Shown in pieces: positions 1-13,481 of a DNA stretch of 64,000 nucleotides; the first letter of the stretch is position 1; every line of letters begins with the position of its first letter. The stretch lies in NCBI GenBank assembly GCA_053919585.1, contig CM132790.1. The stretch is one strand, 5' to 3'. The position numbers were made by a program, and so were the translations under genes. This DNA comes from Euprymna scolopes. Lineage: Eukaryota. The notes under the pieces are model-generated. The model saw only the letters and a list, made by a program, of their open reading frames with translations, had not been told where the DNA came from and made no database searches.

Positions 1-470
1 ACCCCATAATTTTATTATACCATATTTCTTCAAACTGAATCATAATTATCAAAGTGTACTTACGCAGATAGATATGAAAAGTCTTCATTAAAGTTTGTGC
101 CTATTTCCATTCTATGGAGGCCAGGCGCGAACGCAGAGCCCACAATTTTATCATGTCATTCCTATTTAAGTTAAAACATACTTATCAAAGTATTCTTATG
201 TACATCTATATCAAAAACCATTTTAAACTTTTTTTTCTTTTTTTTTTTTTAATTTTTTATTTCCATACTTTGTGGACCATGCGCGAACGCAGACCCCACA
301 ATTTAATGAACCACCGTTCTGCCAGATCAAACATACTCATTCCTGTGTCTCGATACATCTTCTATCATTATATGTAATCATTTTTTGTTTGTTTTAATAG
401 TTAACCATATAGGAGCCTATTCGTGACCAGACACACACCCACACAGACATTTAGCTTTATATTATAGATT
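1..470 (-). mobile_element. Non-autonomous Helitron-like (Lep1/HINE-type) element end
   Basis: Ends in (CA)-microsatellite plus 'acatttagctttatattatagat' (A|TC 5' end on - strand), the architecture of non-autonomous Helitrons. Internal duplicated motif gcgcgaacgcaga-cccacaattt at ~125 and ~281. Confidence 0.4.
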
Positions 471-1210
471 ATATTGTACGCATTATGTAGTAGTGATTTC
501 AAAAGTTTCAAAAATATGTGACGTAAGATGCATTAGCAAGGATCGAAACCAAAGCATATAGCTATCTGACCTTATCCGTAACGCTCTCACCAAAGTTTAT
601 TCGCATGGAAATCGTAATACTTTTTTACAGGTATGAACGTATATTGGCGCTTGCATGTAAATAACCAGTTTAATTGATTGACGTCAGCCTGATTCCAACT
701 TATTTGTAATTTACAAATTTTATGACTAAAGACCTAATTGAATTTGTTCTACAAGAACAAACTACCTATATATTCACTTTTCAGTCTAAAGAAAGAAAAT
801 TGCCGAAGAGATTTGTTAACAACAACAACAACAACAACGACAACATCAACAACAGAAACGTAACTTTTATATATAGACTTGTGTGCCCACGATTAGAATC
901 GAAATTAAAGCATGTCGCTCTTCAGCCTTACTCATTACCGTCTTTACAATGTTCTACCGCATACAAAAACTAAAAGATAACGTTGTGAAATATATAAATT
1001 TATATCTGTGTACGCGAAAAAGAGCAGTTTAAGTTTACTTATACCAAACTTTTTTTTTTTCAATTTGAACATGTAGCAGCTTTTTTATCGGCTGAAGCCC
1101 AAATCGAATTTGTTCGAAATACACTATGCATATGATTCAAGTCTGTATACCAATCATTGACGGGTGAGTTTGGTAGAGCCTTTTCTTCGTCAGACGGACA
1201 GACAATATCA

Positions 1211-1267
<57 letters not shown>

Positions 1268-1409
1268 TTTAATAATATAAAAAGTAGTCCTGATGAATCG
1301 AAAATCGCGTTTTTATCTACACTCTCTCACTGGCCCCCTTTTATAACAGCTTTTGTCATTTCCTGCCAGAATAATGCATCAAGCCGAGAGTGGGAAGGAT
1401 CTTTAATCG

Positions 1410-1481
1410 GTATTATCATGCGTGCATTTTATGTTATTATCATGCGTGCATTTTATGTTATTATCATGCGTGCATTTTATA
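1410..1481. repeat. 24-bp tandem repeat x3
   Basis: ttatcatgcgtgcattttatgtta repeated three times. Confidence 0.9.
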
Positions 1482-1599
1482 TATTTTACGAAAGTTGTTC
1501 AAAAAAAAAATGCTTTTTATTTTTAGCGAAAAACCAAAACATTTAAGTGCTACGAAGACAGGAGCGGTACCATTAAAACGTGCTTAATTTCGTGCTTAA

Positions 1600-1601
1600 G
1601 A

Positions 1602-1671
<70 letters not shown>

Positions 1672-2316
1672 GCTGTTGTTGCTGTTGTNNNNNNNNNNNN
1701 NNNNNNNNNNNNNNNNNNNNNNNNNNNNNNNNNNNNNNNNNNNNNNNNNNNNNNNNNNNNNNNNNNNNNNNNNNNNNNNNNNNNNNNNNNNNNNNNNNNN
1801 NNNNNNNNNNNNNNNNNNNNNNNNNNNNNNNNNNNNNNNNNNNNNNNNNNNNNNNNNNNNNNNNNNNNNNNNNNNNNNNNNNNNNNNNNNNNNNNNNNNN
1901 NNNNNNNNNNNNNNNNNNNNNNNNNNNNNNNNNNNNNNNNNNNNNNNNNNNNNNNNNNNNNNNNNNNNNNNNNNNNNNNNNNNNNNNNNNNNNNNNNNNN
2001 NNNNNNNNNNNNNNNNNNNNNNNNNNNTAATTTATTATTATTATTGATTTTGTTATTTTTATTATTATTATTGTTGTTATTGTTATTAGTATTGTTATTA
2101 TTGTTATTATTATTATTATTGTTATTATTGTTATTATTTATATTATTATGTTATTATTGTTGTTATTGATATTATTATTATAATTATCATTATCAGTATC
2201 ATTATCATCATTACTATTATTTTCATTATCATTATTATCATTATTATTATTATTATTATTATTATCATCATCATTTACATTATCATTATCATTATCATCA
2301 TTATCATTATCCTTAN
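1600..2316. repeat. (TTA)n/(TTG)n/(ATC)n microsatellite region broken by N gaps
   Basis: Direct inspection. The poly-Leu ORF here is an artefact. Confidence 0.95.
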
Positions 2317-2649
2317 NNNNNNNNNNNNNNNNNNNNNNNNNNNNNNNNNNNNNNNNNNNNNNNNNNNNNNNNNNNNNNNNNNNNNNNNNNNNNNNNNNNN
2401 NNNNNNNNNNNNNNNNNNNNNNNNNNNNNNNNNNNNNNNNNNNNNNNNNNNNNNNNNNNNNNNNNNNNNNNNNNNNNNNNNNNNNNNNNNNNNNNNNNNN
2501 NNNNNNNNNNNNNNNNNNNNNNNNNNNNNNNNNNNNNNNNNNNNNNNNNNNNNNNNNNNNNNNNNNNNNNNNNNNAATTCACTTTTTTCAGCCTTTTTTA
2601 TGCCTAGATCGCCCAATTTTTTTTCACTCACATTTCTGACGCCACTAAG

Positions 2650-2860
2650 AAATCGACTAATTTATCTCGGAACTATGCTGACATAAATTGCATCAGTTTA
2701 GTAAAATGAATGTTAATCGACTCACTTTTTTCTTCGTATAGAAATTCAATGACGCATCTCTTGTTCTGTCCTACGTCTAAGGCCGCGGTTGGTTTCTTAG
2801 AGTCGCACGTAGGCAATATCTGCAAGAAGAAATATAAAACCTTCAGCTTATCAATTAGTT
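2650..2860 (-). mobile_element. mariner transposase N-terminal fragment
   Basis: KRCVIEFLYEEKSESINIH resembles the mariner HTH start (QRAVIEFL...IH). Confidence 0.45.
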
Positions 2861-4081
2861 TAGTCATCAGAACAATTCAATTTGCAATATGCTATGATGT
2901 ATGGGGGTGTAAAGCAGGATTTATTTTTGGAACGTTCCTTGTATATCGATGCATTTAAAGTAAGTTACCTGTGTACATTTATGTAATATCCTAAACTTAT
3001 AATTGGATTATCATATATTTTAAAACATAGCTTATAGCTTCAAAGGTGGTTAATACAGGTTATATTTAGCTTAATGTATTCTTATGCAAATAGAGAAAAA
3101 TGGGAGAAACTTGCGAATCTTCAGTTATATCTGAGTTTAAATGCGTTTTACAAAGTATATTTTTAGAATCGTATATGAAAATTAAGATGTTTCAAATTTG
3201 GATTGAATGCTATCCATTGTAATTAGATATTAATATAAAAGTTTTCGCCCAATTTTAATTTCGTCCTAAGAACTCTTAAATATATTTAATAAATTACGGA
3301 TTTCTTTAGGGATAAAATAATGTAATAGATTTTAATGTAAATACAATAAGGAAACAAAACCGAAATTTTAATCTTCGTTATTCCCCAATTTCATTTTAGC
3401 CTTTATGAAATTCGTTTATATCACACTCTCTATTTCAGTAGACTATAATTATTAATATAAGCTCATTACCGTAATTTACTTAGAAAATAGACAATAGCTT
3501 ATATTCGTTTCTAACTAACTGCATTTATACAAACGGTTTCTGGCAGAGTCTTTGCTAGCTACATGCGCATGAAAAGAAGGATTGTCAATTGGAGATCTTT
3601 CGAGAATTGTGACTGCAATATGATCGATATGTTTCTTCAAAGCAACATTAAGAAATCCATGTCTATAAACAAGCAGAAACATAAGAGAAACAAGATGAGA
3701 ATGACAGTGATATGCTATCAAAGAGATAAACCAATCCAAATGGTCGCTCGTAAAAAGCACTTCCACTCGGTTTACGGATTCATTATCTGTGCACATTACA
3801 ATTTGCCCCTTTTCAATGGGTATTTTTACAGGATGTGAATGAGTTTATGACTTCATAAAAGATGCCAACTTTATCAGCCATCCTGGAAATTGGAATTTTA
3901 TGACGTTATGAACGATAAAATGTTCTTAAATGTTAGTTAAATGCTACAGCTGAATATGAGAATGTCTTAAAAGTAAAAAAGTAAACATTAAATAGAATGA
4001 GGAAAATTTAATTATCGAGCTATTTAAACCTTATGAACGGGTAACCTGGAACAGAATCCATTATCTAGTAGCAATCTTCTC

Positions 4082-4122
<41 letters not shown>

Positions 4123-4152
4123 CATAATAGGCATACACATACATATATAATA

Positions 4153-4509
4153 CGGTTTGGTTTGGTTTGGTTGTTTTCGTTTTACGGCATATCAACTCTT
4201 TTCGGGTTATTTAATGGCGAATCCAAAGATTTTGAAGACATTTTTTTTTAATAGAATATATTTGTTGTTTTCATGTCGGTTTCTATTTAACCCATAGTTG
4301 GGACCCTAACAGGTGCTGCTACTTCGGGTCAGAGTGGACCTGGGAGCAATGGTAATTAAAGGGTGGCTCCACACTCCCCAAAGCCCACAAGCTGGGGCCT
4401 CACCACTGGATATAATTTAAGGTCATATCCAGGACCCCCATTGAGGGACTTTTACCCTCTGCAGGGGGGGGGGGCAGTCGGCGTATTCTAATGCCCCACC
4501 GACAGGGCC
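4153..4509 (-). mobile_element. SINE-like short interspersed repeat with (AAACC)n tail
   Basis: GC-richer body starting gccctgtcggtggggc on the - strand (…ccattgctcccaggtccactctgacc…) and ending in a ggttt-repeat tail. It resembles an abundant invertebrate RTE-related SINE (recognition from memory). Confidence 0.55.
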
Positions 4510-5225
4510 TATATAACAAGGATTTATATATAGTATGTATATATACATTATATATATATATCAATCTAAATAGCAAATAAAAATATATAGTATTAAAATT
4601 TCTAATTAGTGAAGATATGTACTCGTACATATATCTGTCTTTTTCGTCCTATATTTTAGAATATATGTATATATGGTAACTGCTATATCTTTGTGAAAGA
4701 AAAACAAATCAACACAAGATTATAATGCTTCATCCTGGACTAGTTTTTAAGGAGAACAGATTATATCCGTTTTCTCACGGAAAAGTTTTATATAACTCTA
4801 ATACTCAGAGATAACCAACAAACGCCTCATATTGTGACCCAGTTAATAATAGGATTTGCATTGACTTTTAACCATAAGGAGGCTTGTGTTTGACTAGATA
4901 TTACCTTCACGTCAATTTCTGTGTATAAAAATAGAATTATTATTATTAAACCCTTGCAGATCGTCTCCCCTCCAAATATCAGATATAATACATTAGATAT
5001 CTTCGGAAATTTTGTCAGTTTTAAAAATGATTATTAGCAGCTGATAATGTACCTGGAATTATAACCAAGAAGGGAAACATACAATTGCTAATACTTAAAT
5101 TCTCTATCAAATCATAGCTGACGGAACAAAAGCACGCTAACACCGTGAAGTAAATAAAGGGTTCCGCTCGAAATTCTATCCAAATTTCCGAGTTCGACGT
5201 AAATATTCCCGAGTTCAACAAGATA

Positions 5226-5320
5226 GCCCTAACGAAGGTCGGAGGATACATCGATCAAAACGTTGTGAAAATTTCACTCAAGATGAGAAAAGTAGTCCGA
5301 TGAATTCAAATAATACGAAG
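5226..5320 (+). ncRNA. Decayed type I hammerhead ribozyme in a short repeat
   Basis: cTAACGAa-ggtcgg-aggataca-tcgatc-AAAAc-gttgtg matches CUGANGA/stem II/GAAA with core mutations. It is followed by the aagatgag..agtccg tail shared with 60390-60500. Confidence 0.45.
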
Positions 5321-7015
5321 GAGGAACTAATACCTAAATTCCTGTTCCATCATATTTAAGGATCGTGTCCTGACAACTGTCTTTTAATAATGCATTGCTT
5401 TTGCATCCTCATCGTTGCAATACCTGCATTATTTGAGATATATCAAGCCACATCTGGGTTTTTTTTTTAATTTTGCATATACTTATATGGGGTGACAAAT
5501 TATAAGCCGTGAAATCTGCAGAGACTCACATCCATTCAAAATTAAGCGGAATTACATTCGTACAATTTGCTTTCCTATTCCAAGAGACAGCAGAGCTAGA
5601 AATGGTTCTTATTAAACAGGACTTGTGTTTCGATTCTTAAGAGGAAATTCCTAAATGCTAGCGTTACAGAGTTGTTTTCTGAATCTATCTCTTCATAATA
5701 TGTATATTCCTGAACGCCCATAAAATGCACTAACGCACATTCACTTCTGGCACCTAAGATATATTAATGATTTTATTTTGTACATTTTTCCATTAAGAAG
5801 AACATTAGTGTTGACGCTCATTATATTCTTTACGAGTTTTTGGTCTGAGCCACGCGCCACACATCGTCTGCCTCTCACAAGTCTGTTATGAAGCATTGCG
5901 TCGCAATGTAACTCTGAGCTACATCATTAAGTTTTTATTCACGCCAAGTAAATAATATTGTGGCTTGAACGTAAGGAGCTACTATTTGTGACCATGTCTA
6001 CGGAGACATTATGAAGGGAATTGAGCACTTTACTCTTTGTTCACATTACATTTAAATTTATGCATCTTATTACAGTATGAGAAGCAGGACAATTAAAAAG
6101 ATTTCAAAATACATCAGTTCGTGGACAAAAAAAACTATTAAATTCAAAGGTTTTCCGGCGCCTAGAGACGTTTGTCTGTAAAGCGTGGAATTTAACGGCT
6201 TATCGAATTAATGAGATAAGTCGAGGGTATTTAGTTCGAGGGAGTGCAAGTGTAATACTTATGTCAGAGCTCGTTCCAACAAAGTAATAGTCGAACAAGT
6301 CTTGCTATGCAACATTATAGCGATGGGACAGGGGTTATAGCTTATTTTATCGTGCAGGATCTATGAGGAAGAAACTCTTTTTTACCTTCTCTAAGCTGAA
6401 GGGACTAGTGATAGATGATTAAACAAAGTCGTAGAAACCGTAGATTTCATACGATACAGGATATTCTCAGCTGTGTGTAGTTTTCTAGCACGGTACGGAG
6501 AGTTCAGCTTCGTTGCAGCAGGATTTGCAACGTTTCAGTACATTGTTTTTTAATCCACATTGACTCTGAATATTCGTCCGAGTAGTTTGAACGGGTCTCT
6601 TAGGTAGTGTAGTATTAGATAGAGCTATCAGTTGTTGAGATGCTTTCTTGTAATTAATAAATAAAAAAGCTTATTCTTAGCAGAATTAAAAGACACAATA
6701 GAATTACGTTCCCATTCCACTGGATGTTACTCTCCAAGGTTTCATGCAATGTCTTTAATATGTGTACATTGGTTTTCCTCTTCCGGTGCGTTATAATGCG
6801 TGGTGTAATCAGCAAGCATTACCATTCCGGACACAACTTTTAGATTAGTCTTTTATGAGTTTTAGGAATAAAAATGAAACACATCCAAAATAATGGCATG
6901 CTTTTTAGATGCTTTTTAGATGGAGGCCATATAGGACAAACTGAATATTTCTCTTGTCTAAGAAGGAACAGATTTTATAAAGCATTCGTTAAGTAATACT
7001 GTATGATTTAGATGT

Positions 7016-7238
7016 GTGATGTCAAATGGCCTATTGATGCGTCAAGTGTGGGGTACTGTGTGCTTGTCACCTTCCTCTTCCAGTCCCTACCGCTGGCTAG
7101 CCTAGGCAAAAAGGAAGCAGAGTGCGTAAGTCTTCCCTGCCAGTACATAGCCTCTCCATAGGAAAGCTCCATGTAGTGCCTCCCCGCGGCGACACATGTA
7201 AATTGAGTACCTTGCGGACTCAAGAAGAACTACAGGAG
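7016..7238 (+). ncRNA. HDV-like ribozyme fold at RTE 5' end (catalytic C apparently lost)
   Basis: P1 gtg(a)tgtc 7016-23/gacacat 7191-97; P2 ctcc(a)tgtagt 7167-77/actacaggag 7229-38; P3 gcc/ggc with L3 tccccgc; P4 ttgagt/actcaa. Confidence 0.7.
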
Positions 7239-7826
7239 ACTCGGAGGTGGTCTGCCCCCAGATATGCGGCATGCCAGGCCCATCGTTGTATGGACAAGCC
7301 CTGATGCCCATGAACAGGCCCCCAGCTATGGGTAAATACTACCACTGCCTTGTGGTTATTCGTTGGTTCGATAAAGGCTAAGGGAGTAAATCCTAACAGA
7401 AAATCTGGAGTGTAACCCCACAGGCAGACAAGTGCTGTACTCAGCCTTGCTCTGGTAGCTACTGCAGTCAACCTGGTGCCCGACGTACTGGTACTTCCAT
7501 TCCTCTGGGCAACATCAGCAAGACCGAGAGGGGGATTCTGACGATTGGGCAACCCAGTCTCTCCACAGATCCGCCCTGGCCAGCACCCTGGAGAGAAAAC
7601 TTCAGCTATGCATCTGTATAGGACTAAACAGGGGAGCGACAGTTACCGGTTATAAGCCTACAGCTCAATTGGCGTACAGCTGGGCGCCAGGGGTCGGTCC
7701 TAACGGTGGGAGAAGTTATTTAATTTCATTGGACAGCTACCGCCCGCCACAAAGCTGAGCAGCCCTCAGTCAGTAAGGTGCTATCCCGCCACTGGCCACC
7801 TACCCTACTGGGTGCGTAGGGTATAG

Positions 7827-10800
7827 GATGATTCCAACAAGTGGCCAGTAACCATTGCACCAAACAAAACCAAAAGAAACACAAAGAACCCAACACTCAG
7901 GCTAGGGTGCTGGAATGTTCGTACTATGACGACTAGTCTATCTGCCGACATACGCAACATCTCCGATATTCGAAAAACTGCCATCATCAACAACGAGCTA
8001 TCGAGACTCAAAGTAGACATCGCTGCACTCAAAGAAACACGCTTAGCTGACACCGGATGCCTAAAGGAATCGGACTATACCTTCTTCTGGCAAGGAAAAC
8101 AGGAAGAGGAGGTCCGGTAACACGGTGTTGGTTTCGCAGTCAGAAACTCACTGCTTCAGAACGTACAACTCTCTGATTCAGCTACTGAGCGCCTAATCTC
8201 ACTACAACTGAACACCACAGATGGAACAATTAATCTATTATGTGTGTACGCCCCAACACTCGCAGCGCCTGACGACATCAAGGAGCACTTCTACACACAG
8301 CTGGATAGCACCATCAAGGCATTTCCACAAAATGAAGACCTGATTATACTTGGGGACTTTAATGCACGTGTGGGTGGTGACAACGATGCATGGCCGAGCT
8401 GCCTTGGTAACTTTGGAGTGGGCAAATGCAATGGTAACGGTCAGCGCCTTCTAGAACTCTGTGCCTACCATGACCTCTGCATTACCAACACATTCTTTGC
8501 TGCCAGACCGCATCACAGAGTGTCCTGGAGACATCCCAGATCAGGGTGTTGGCACCAGCTCGATCTAATCATTACTAGACGAAAGTACCTCAAACATTTT
8601 CTGATGTCTAGAGCCTACCACAGTGCTGATTGTGATACAGATCATTCCCTAATATGCAGCAGAGTCAAACTTCAGCCCAAAGATTTCTACCACACTAAAC
8701 AGGAGGGTGTTGCCCGTATTGATGTTAGCAAGACCACATACTCAGATCGCAATGCGAAATTCAATGAGATGTTAACCTCCACCTTCAAAGGAGATAACAC
8801 CCGGACTGCATCTGAACAGTGGGAAACACTGAAAAATGCCATCCACTCTACAGCTCTCAAAGTCTTTGGGAGGAGGACAGGTAGAAAACGCAATGACTGG
8901 TATGATGCCAACTCTGCTACCCTCAACCCTCTGGTTGAGGCAAAGCGTTTGTCCTTGCTCTCATACAAGGCCAACCCATCTCCTACATCGCTGGCTGCAC
9001 TGAGGCTTTCCAAAAGGGCAGTTCAAAAGGCTGTAAGAGAAGCTGCAAACAACTACTGGATGGAGCTCTCCAAGTCTATCCAGCATGCAGATGATACAGG
9101 AAATATAAAAAATATGTATAACGGGATCAGGAGAGCTACAGGACCCATAATTAACAAAACTGCTTCACTGAAGTCTAAATCGGGTGAACCCATACTAGAC
9201 AGCTAGACAGATGGGTTGAACACTACTCCGAGCTTTACTCCAGGGAAAACATGGTACATCAGTCTGCCCTGGATGCCATTGATCGTCTACCACTGATGCA
9301 TGAGCTCGATGAGGAGCCTTCCATAGAAGAACTATCCTGGGCAATAGACAGACTGCCATCAGGAAAAGCCTCAGGAAAGGACTATATTCCAGCTGAGGTC
9401 TTAAAAAGTGGAAAGGCTAGCCTGCTTGAGCCCCTCCATAGTCTTCTGATACAGTGTTGGAGAGAAGGCTCAGTGCCTCAAGGCATGAGAGACGCAAATA
9501 TCATCACTCTCTACAAACACAAAGGGGACCGCGGTGACTGCAACAACTACCGCGGTATCTCACTGTTGAGTTTCGTTGGCAAGCTATTCGCACGTATAGT
9601 ATTACTACGACTAAACGTTCTTGCTGACCGAATCTACCCAGAATCTCAATGCGGTTTTCGTTCAGAGAGATCAACAATCGATATGATCTTCTCCCTACGC
9701 CAACTGCAAGAGAAGTGCAGAGAGCAAAACCAGCCTCTGTATGTTGCCTTCACAGACCTGACCAAGGAATTTGATCTCGTGAGCAGAGATGGACTATTCA
9801 AAATTCTCCCACTGATCGGATGCCCACCAAAACTCCTCAGCATCATAAGATCCTTTCATGATGGCATGAGGAGCACTGTGCAATTTAACGGTGGCATGTC
9901 TGCTGAGTTCGGGGTGAGGAGTGGTATCAAACAGGGTTGTGTGTTGGCCCCAACACTCTTCGGCATCTTCTTCTCCCTACTCCTGAAGCATGCTTTCAAG
10001 AACACAACGGATGGTATCTGCTCTTCAACATCGCCAGACTCCGCTCCAGGACAAAGACCAGAACAGTTCAGATAAGAGACATGCTGTTTGCCGATGATGC
10101 AGCTATAGCATCGCATCAGGAAGATGGTCTTCAAAGACTGATGGACAGGTTTGCTAATGCTTGCAGCCTGTTCGGTCTCACCATCAGCCAGAAGAAAACT
10201 CAAGTCATGGGACAAGCAACCGCCTCCCCACCCAGCATCACAATCCAAGGCACACCACTAGAGGTCGTACGCCAGTTTCAATATCTAGGCTCCACTACTT
10301 CAGATACCCTCTCATTGGGCGTGGAGCTAAACAAAAGGATTGGAAAGGCATCTACAACCCTCTCTAAACTAACTAAAAGAGTCTGGGAAAACAGGCACCT
10401 TACCACCTCCACCAAGATGACCGTCTACAGAGCGTGCATCCTAAGTGTTCTACTGTATGGGAGTGAATCCTGGACTACATACTCAACACAAGAGAGGAAA
10501 CTCCAGGTCTTCCATATGAGGTGTATACGTAGGATACTTGGTATCACATGGCAGGACAGAGTGAGTAATACTGATGTTCTGCAGAGAGCGGGCATCCCAT
10601 CCATTTACTCCCTACTGCGTGAGCGACGTCTTCGCTGGCTGGGCCATGTGCGCAGGATGGATGATGGGCGCATCCCTAAAGACCTTCTCTATGGCGAGCT
10701 TGCCTCAGGCTCAAGAAAGAGGGGGCGACCCCACCTTCGCTACAGGGATGTCTGCAAGCGTGACATGAAGGCTCTCTCGGTGGACAGGAATACATGGGAA

Positions 10801-11046
10801 GCCTCTGCAGCTGACAGAACTGCCTGGAGGAAAATGATACGCCAGGGGATTATCATCAGCGAGAGGACCCTCCATGTTGAAAATGCTGCAAAGAGAGCTA
10901 GGAGAAGAGCGAGTGTACAGGCGGAACAGCCGGACGAAGCGGCAAATTGCATAACAACCTTCGTATGTCAAGGCTGTGGCAGACTATGCAAATCAAGAAT
11001 TGGTCTCTACAGTCACACAAAAGGATGCAAACAGGCAACATCTTAA
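7827..11046 (+). pseudogene. RTE APE-RT-zinc finger ORF, disabled
   Basis: ORF pieces 7926-8120, 8244-9206, 9251-10075 and 9937-11046 are collinear. Lesions: stop at 8118-8120, frameshift ~9200, deletion plus frameshift ~10020. C-terminal CQGC..H..C finger. Confidence 0.93.
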
Positions 11047-12179
11047 TACGGCGCTGATCCATAGTCGTTTCGACTGACGGATGCCACACACACCATGATT
11101 TAGAAAACCTTTGTGCCATACCCTGTCAAATGATTAAGATATATTCAGGACTACCGCCATAGTGTTGCAAGAAAAGATCTCCTTTTCTTGTAAGAAAAAC
11201 ATTAGATGAGTAAAAATAACCGAGATTCGAACCTTGTAAGCAAGATTCAGAAATAGGGTCAGAAATGGAATTTAGAATTTCGATTGTTCAGTTTTAACAT
11301 AAAATAGTTTAGATATGTTGATTGTTCAATTCTTTTATGAAATCGGAATTAAAATAAGGTCAGTTAAAAGAACGACCAATAGAAAATTAAAAACATATTG
11401 AAAAAAATGTTAGGTCGAAAAATAAGTTAGTAAGAATTCTTGTCTGCAGACATGTGCGAAGCACGCATGTTCAGGCCACGTGGGTCATTCACATTTTTGG
11501 ACATGCGTAAGACGTCATGACAGAAATGAATTCTCAATATAGGAGCTAGAGCCGAAGAGAGTGAGACAGCCAGGTAGACAGAGACAGATGGGTAGACAGA
11601 GTTGGAGAGAGGAGGCAGTCGAGCAGTCCCTTTGGAAGTGAAGCGTTAGAAAGTTTTAATCATGTAGTCGACTTTAAATTCCTGGATGTCATCATTGCTA
11701 CCGGTCAAATGTAATAAAAGAACACATCATATTTGGTAATGCGTCTTCGTGTCGTTGATTCTACCAAATTGAAGGTAATGTGAAATAATCGTTTGTATGA
11801 ACTTTGTGTCTTCTCATCTTAATGAACTTTGTTCCCACTCATCGTTATTATTGTGTATAAGTCATCTAAGAAATGTGTCCCCCTCTCCATCTAAGTAATG
11901 ACTGTCCCCTCCTGTGTCATAAGAACTGATAATCCTCCTCTGTACATATATGTTATAAGAACCACAGACAGTAATATGTATAAATGTCGTTCTCCTCTCT
12001 TTTCGCCCCTCATCAATATACATGTCCGCCGTCTCTAGTAAATATGAATGTCCCGATCCTTTCTCTTTAAAAGACCCCAACTACACAATAATAGCTTTCT
12101 AGAAGAATCAGCTTGACTTATTATATAATTCCGGTTGCAAAAATGTCACATATTGCGGAGGTGGCGAACTAGCGCTTGA

Positions 12180-12930
12180 TTAATTAATAACTTTTAGCGA
12201 AGATTATTGTGGTGGATATTAAATCACCAAATACATATACTTGAGCGCTAGTATCGAAGTCGATTGCTGCATCTATTCTGTCATAGGCATAGTTGATAAG
12301 GTATAATATTAATCGAGGGTCGAGAGTAGGGAAAATATAAGTAACTAATGCAATATTGCACAGATTGTCTAAAACATATGAATGGCTGGTCATCTGCCTC
12401 CTGTTTGTGTTCTCTAGTTAAGATGAAGGTATTGGAAATATAGACTACAATCTCGTGTATGTGCCTGTCTGAATCATTACCATACGGTGGGACGTATTCA
12501 CTCATATATAAGTCAGCAAAGGAAATAGAGTAGTGTGAGTTAGTTTCAATCATTGCTAAGATATCATGAGTTTGCAAGAATAAATGATTCAGCATCGTTT
12601 TCATAAGTTCTCAGCATACCGACATTTCTTAAAGCAAGCTCCATTAGATTCTGCGAATAGCTTTTTTGTTCATGAGTGCGTCTCTGGTTTAATCGCTTTT
12701 TGTTGTTGTTGTCAATTTATTTAATGGTTTCAACTTTAGGGTTTGTCAAAGTGGGTTTGTTTGATTCCAAACATGCACACACCACTAGTACTTAAAATAA
12801 TTACATAATGCGAAACGTTGTAACCCACGATTCTTCGTTCCTAGGATTGTTGACTAGTATCACTACAACTGGAAGGCAATTTAATTCATAGGAGTGTTGC
12901 CTAATATCATTATAACTGCAAGGCAATTTG
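12180..12930 (-). mobile_element. Old CR1/Jockey-group LINE 5' part (APE endonuclease remnant)
   Basis: DILAMIETN and VYVFGD-L APE motifs, homologous to the APE of the copies at 17.2 and 26.1 kb. Confidence 0.6.
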
Positions 12931-13481
12931 TATACTAGCTCTGTACAATGGCGAATTCCGTTCAGTTTATATGTTTTTCTCTGTTTCTATTTACATTATA
13001 GCCTAACGTATAGTAAGCCGTTGTCTCGTACAGTTTATTCTCACTGATATATCAAAGCTCAGATTGTGTAGAAATGTTGATCGCATAATTGAAGTTTGGA
13101 GTATTTCACTCTATACGATCAGGGATTATTTTCACATTCACGATAGATTATTCTCGTTTTGTTTTTTTGTTGTTGTTTTTTTCTGCTGTCCGTACATATT
13201 ATGCTTTTCTTATAATATAATTGACATTAAATTTCATTTTGTTTTGAAAGGTGTGGAATTGTAAACGGAATATAAAATACGTTACATAAGAAACAATTGA
13301 ACAAACAATATATTAAGTATATATTAAGTTTTTAAAAAAAGACGAATACGCATTTATTTTTTAAACAGTGTTTTAATCTTGAATATTTTGTGGAAAATTG
13401 TATTATTTCAATTTATAACCATTGATACTATTGATTTTATTTATTGCCATTATATTATGGAGTTTAATTTATGCCGATTAA

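Larger units (their letters stand above)
7013..11094 (+). mobile_element. Full-length RTE-clade (BovB-like) LINE with 10-bp TSD
   Basis: TSD atgatttaga at 7003-7012 and 11095-11104; ~0.8 kb 5' UTR; APE motifs (LGCWNVRT, AALKETRL, LGDFNARVG, DHS); RT motifs (NYRGISLLS, QCGFR, KQGCVLAP, LFADD); short (CA) tail. Confidence 0.95.

Noticed and set aside
1283-1315. ctgatga-atc-gaaa as a hammerhead
   Set aside because: No room for stem II and no stem I/III pairing. It matches the agtagtcc.gatgaat tail of the 5.3-kb repeat instead.
1157-2631. ORFs with poly-YI, poly-L, poly-HT or X runs (here and throughout the window)
   Set aside because: They are translations of microsatellites and assembly gaps.
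3515-3838. Overlapping ~90-aa ORFs
   Set aside because: No recognisable domain or splice context.
11400-12090. Possible solo LTRs (TG…CA ends, AATAAA), also 14845-15364 and 6130-6700
   Set aside because: No matching TSD, PBS or internal gag/pol sequence could be found.
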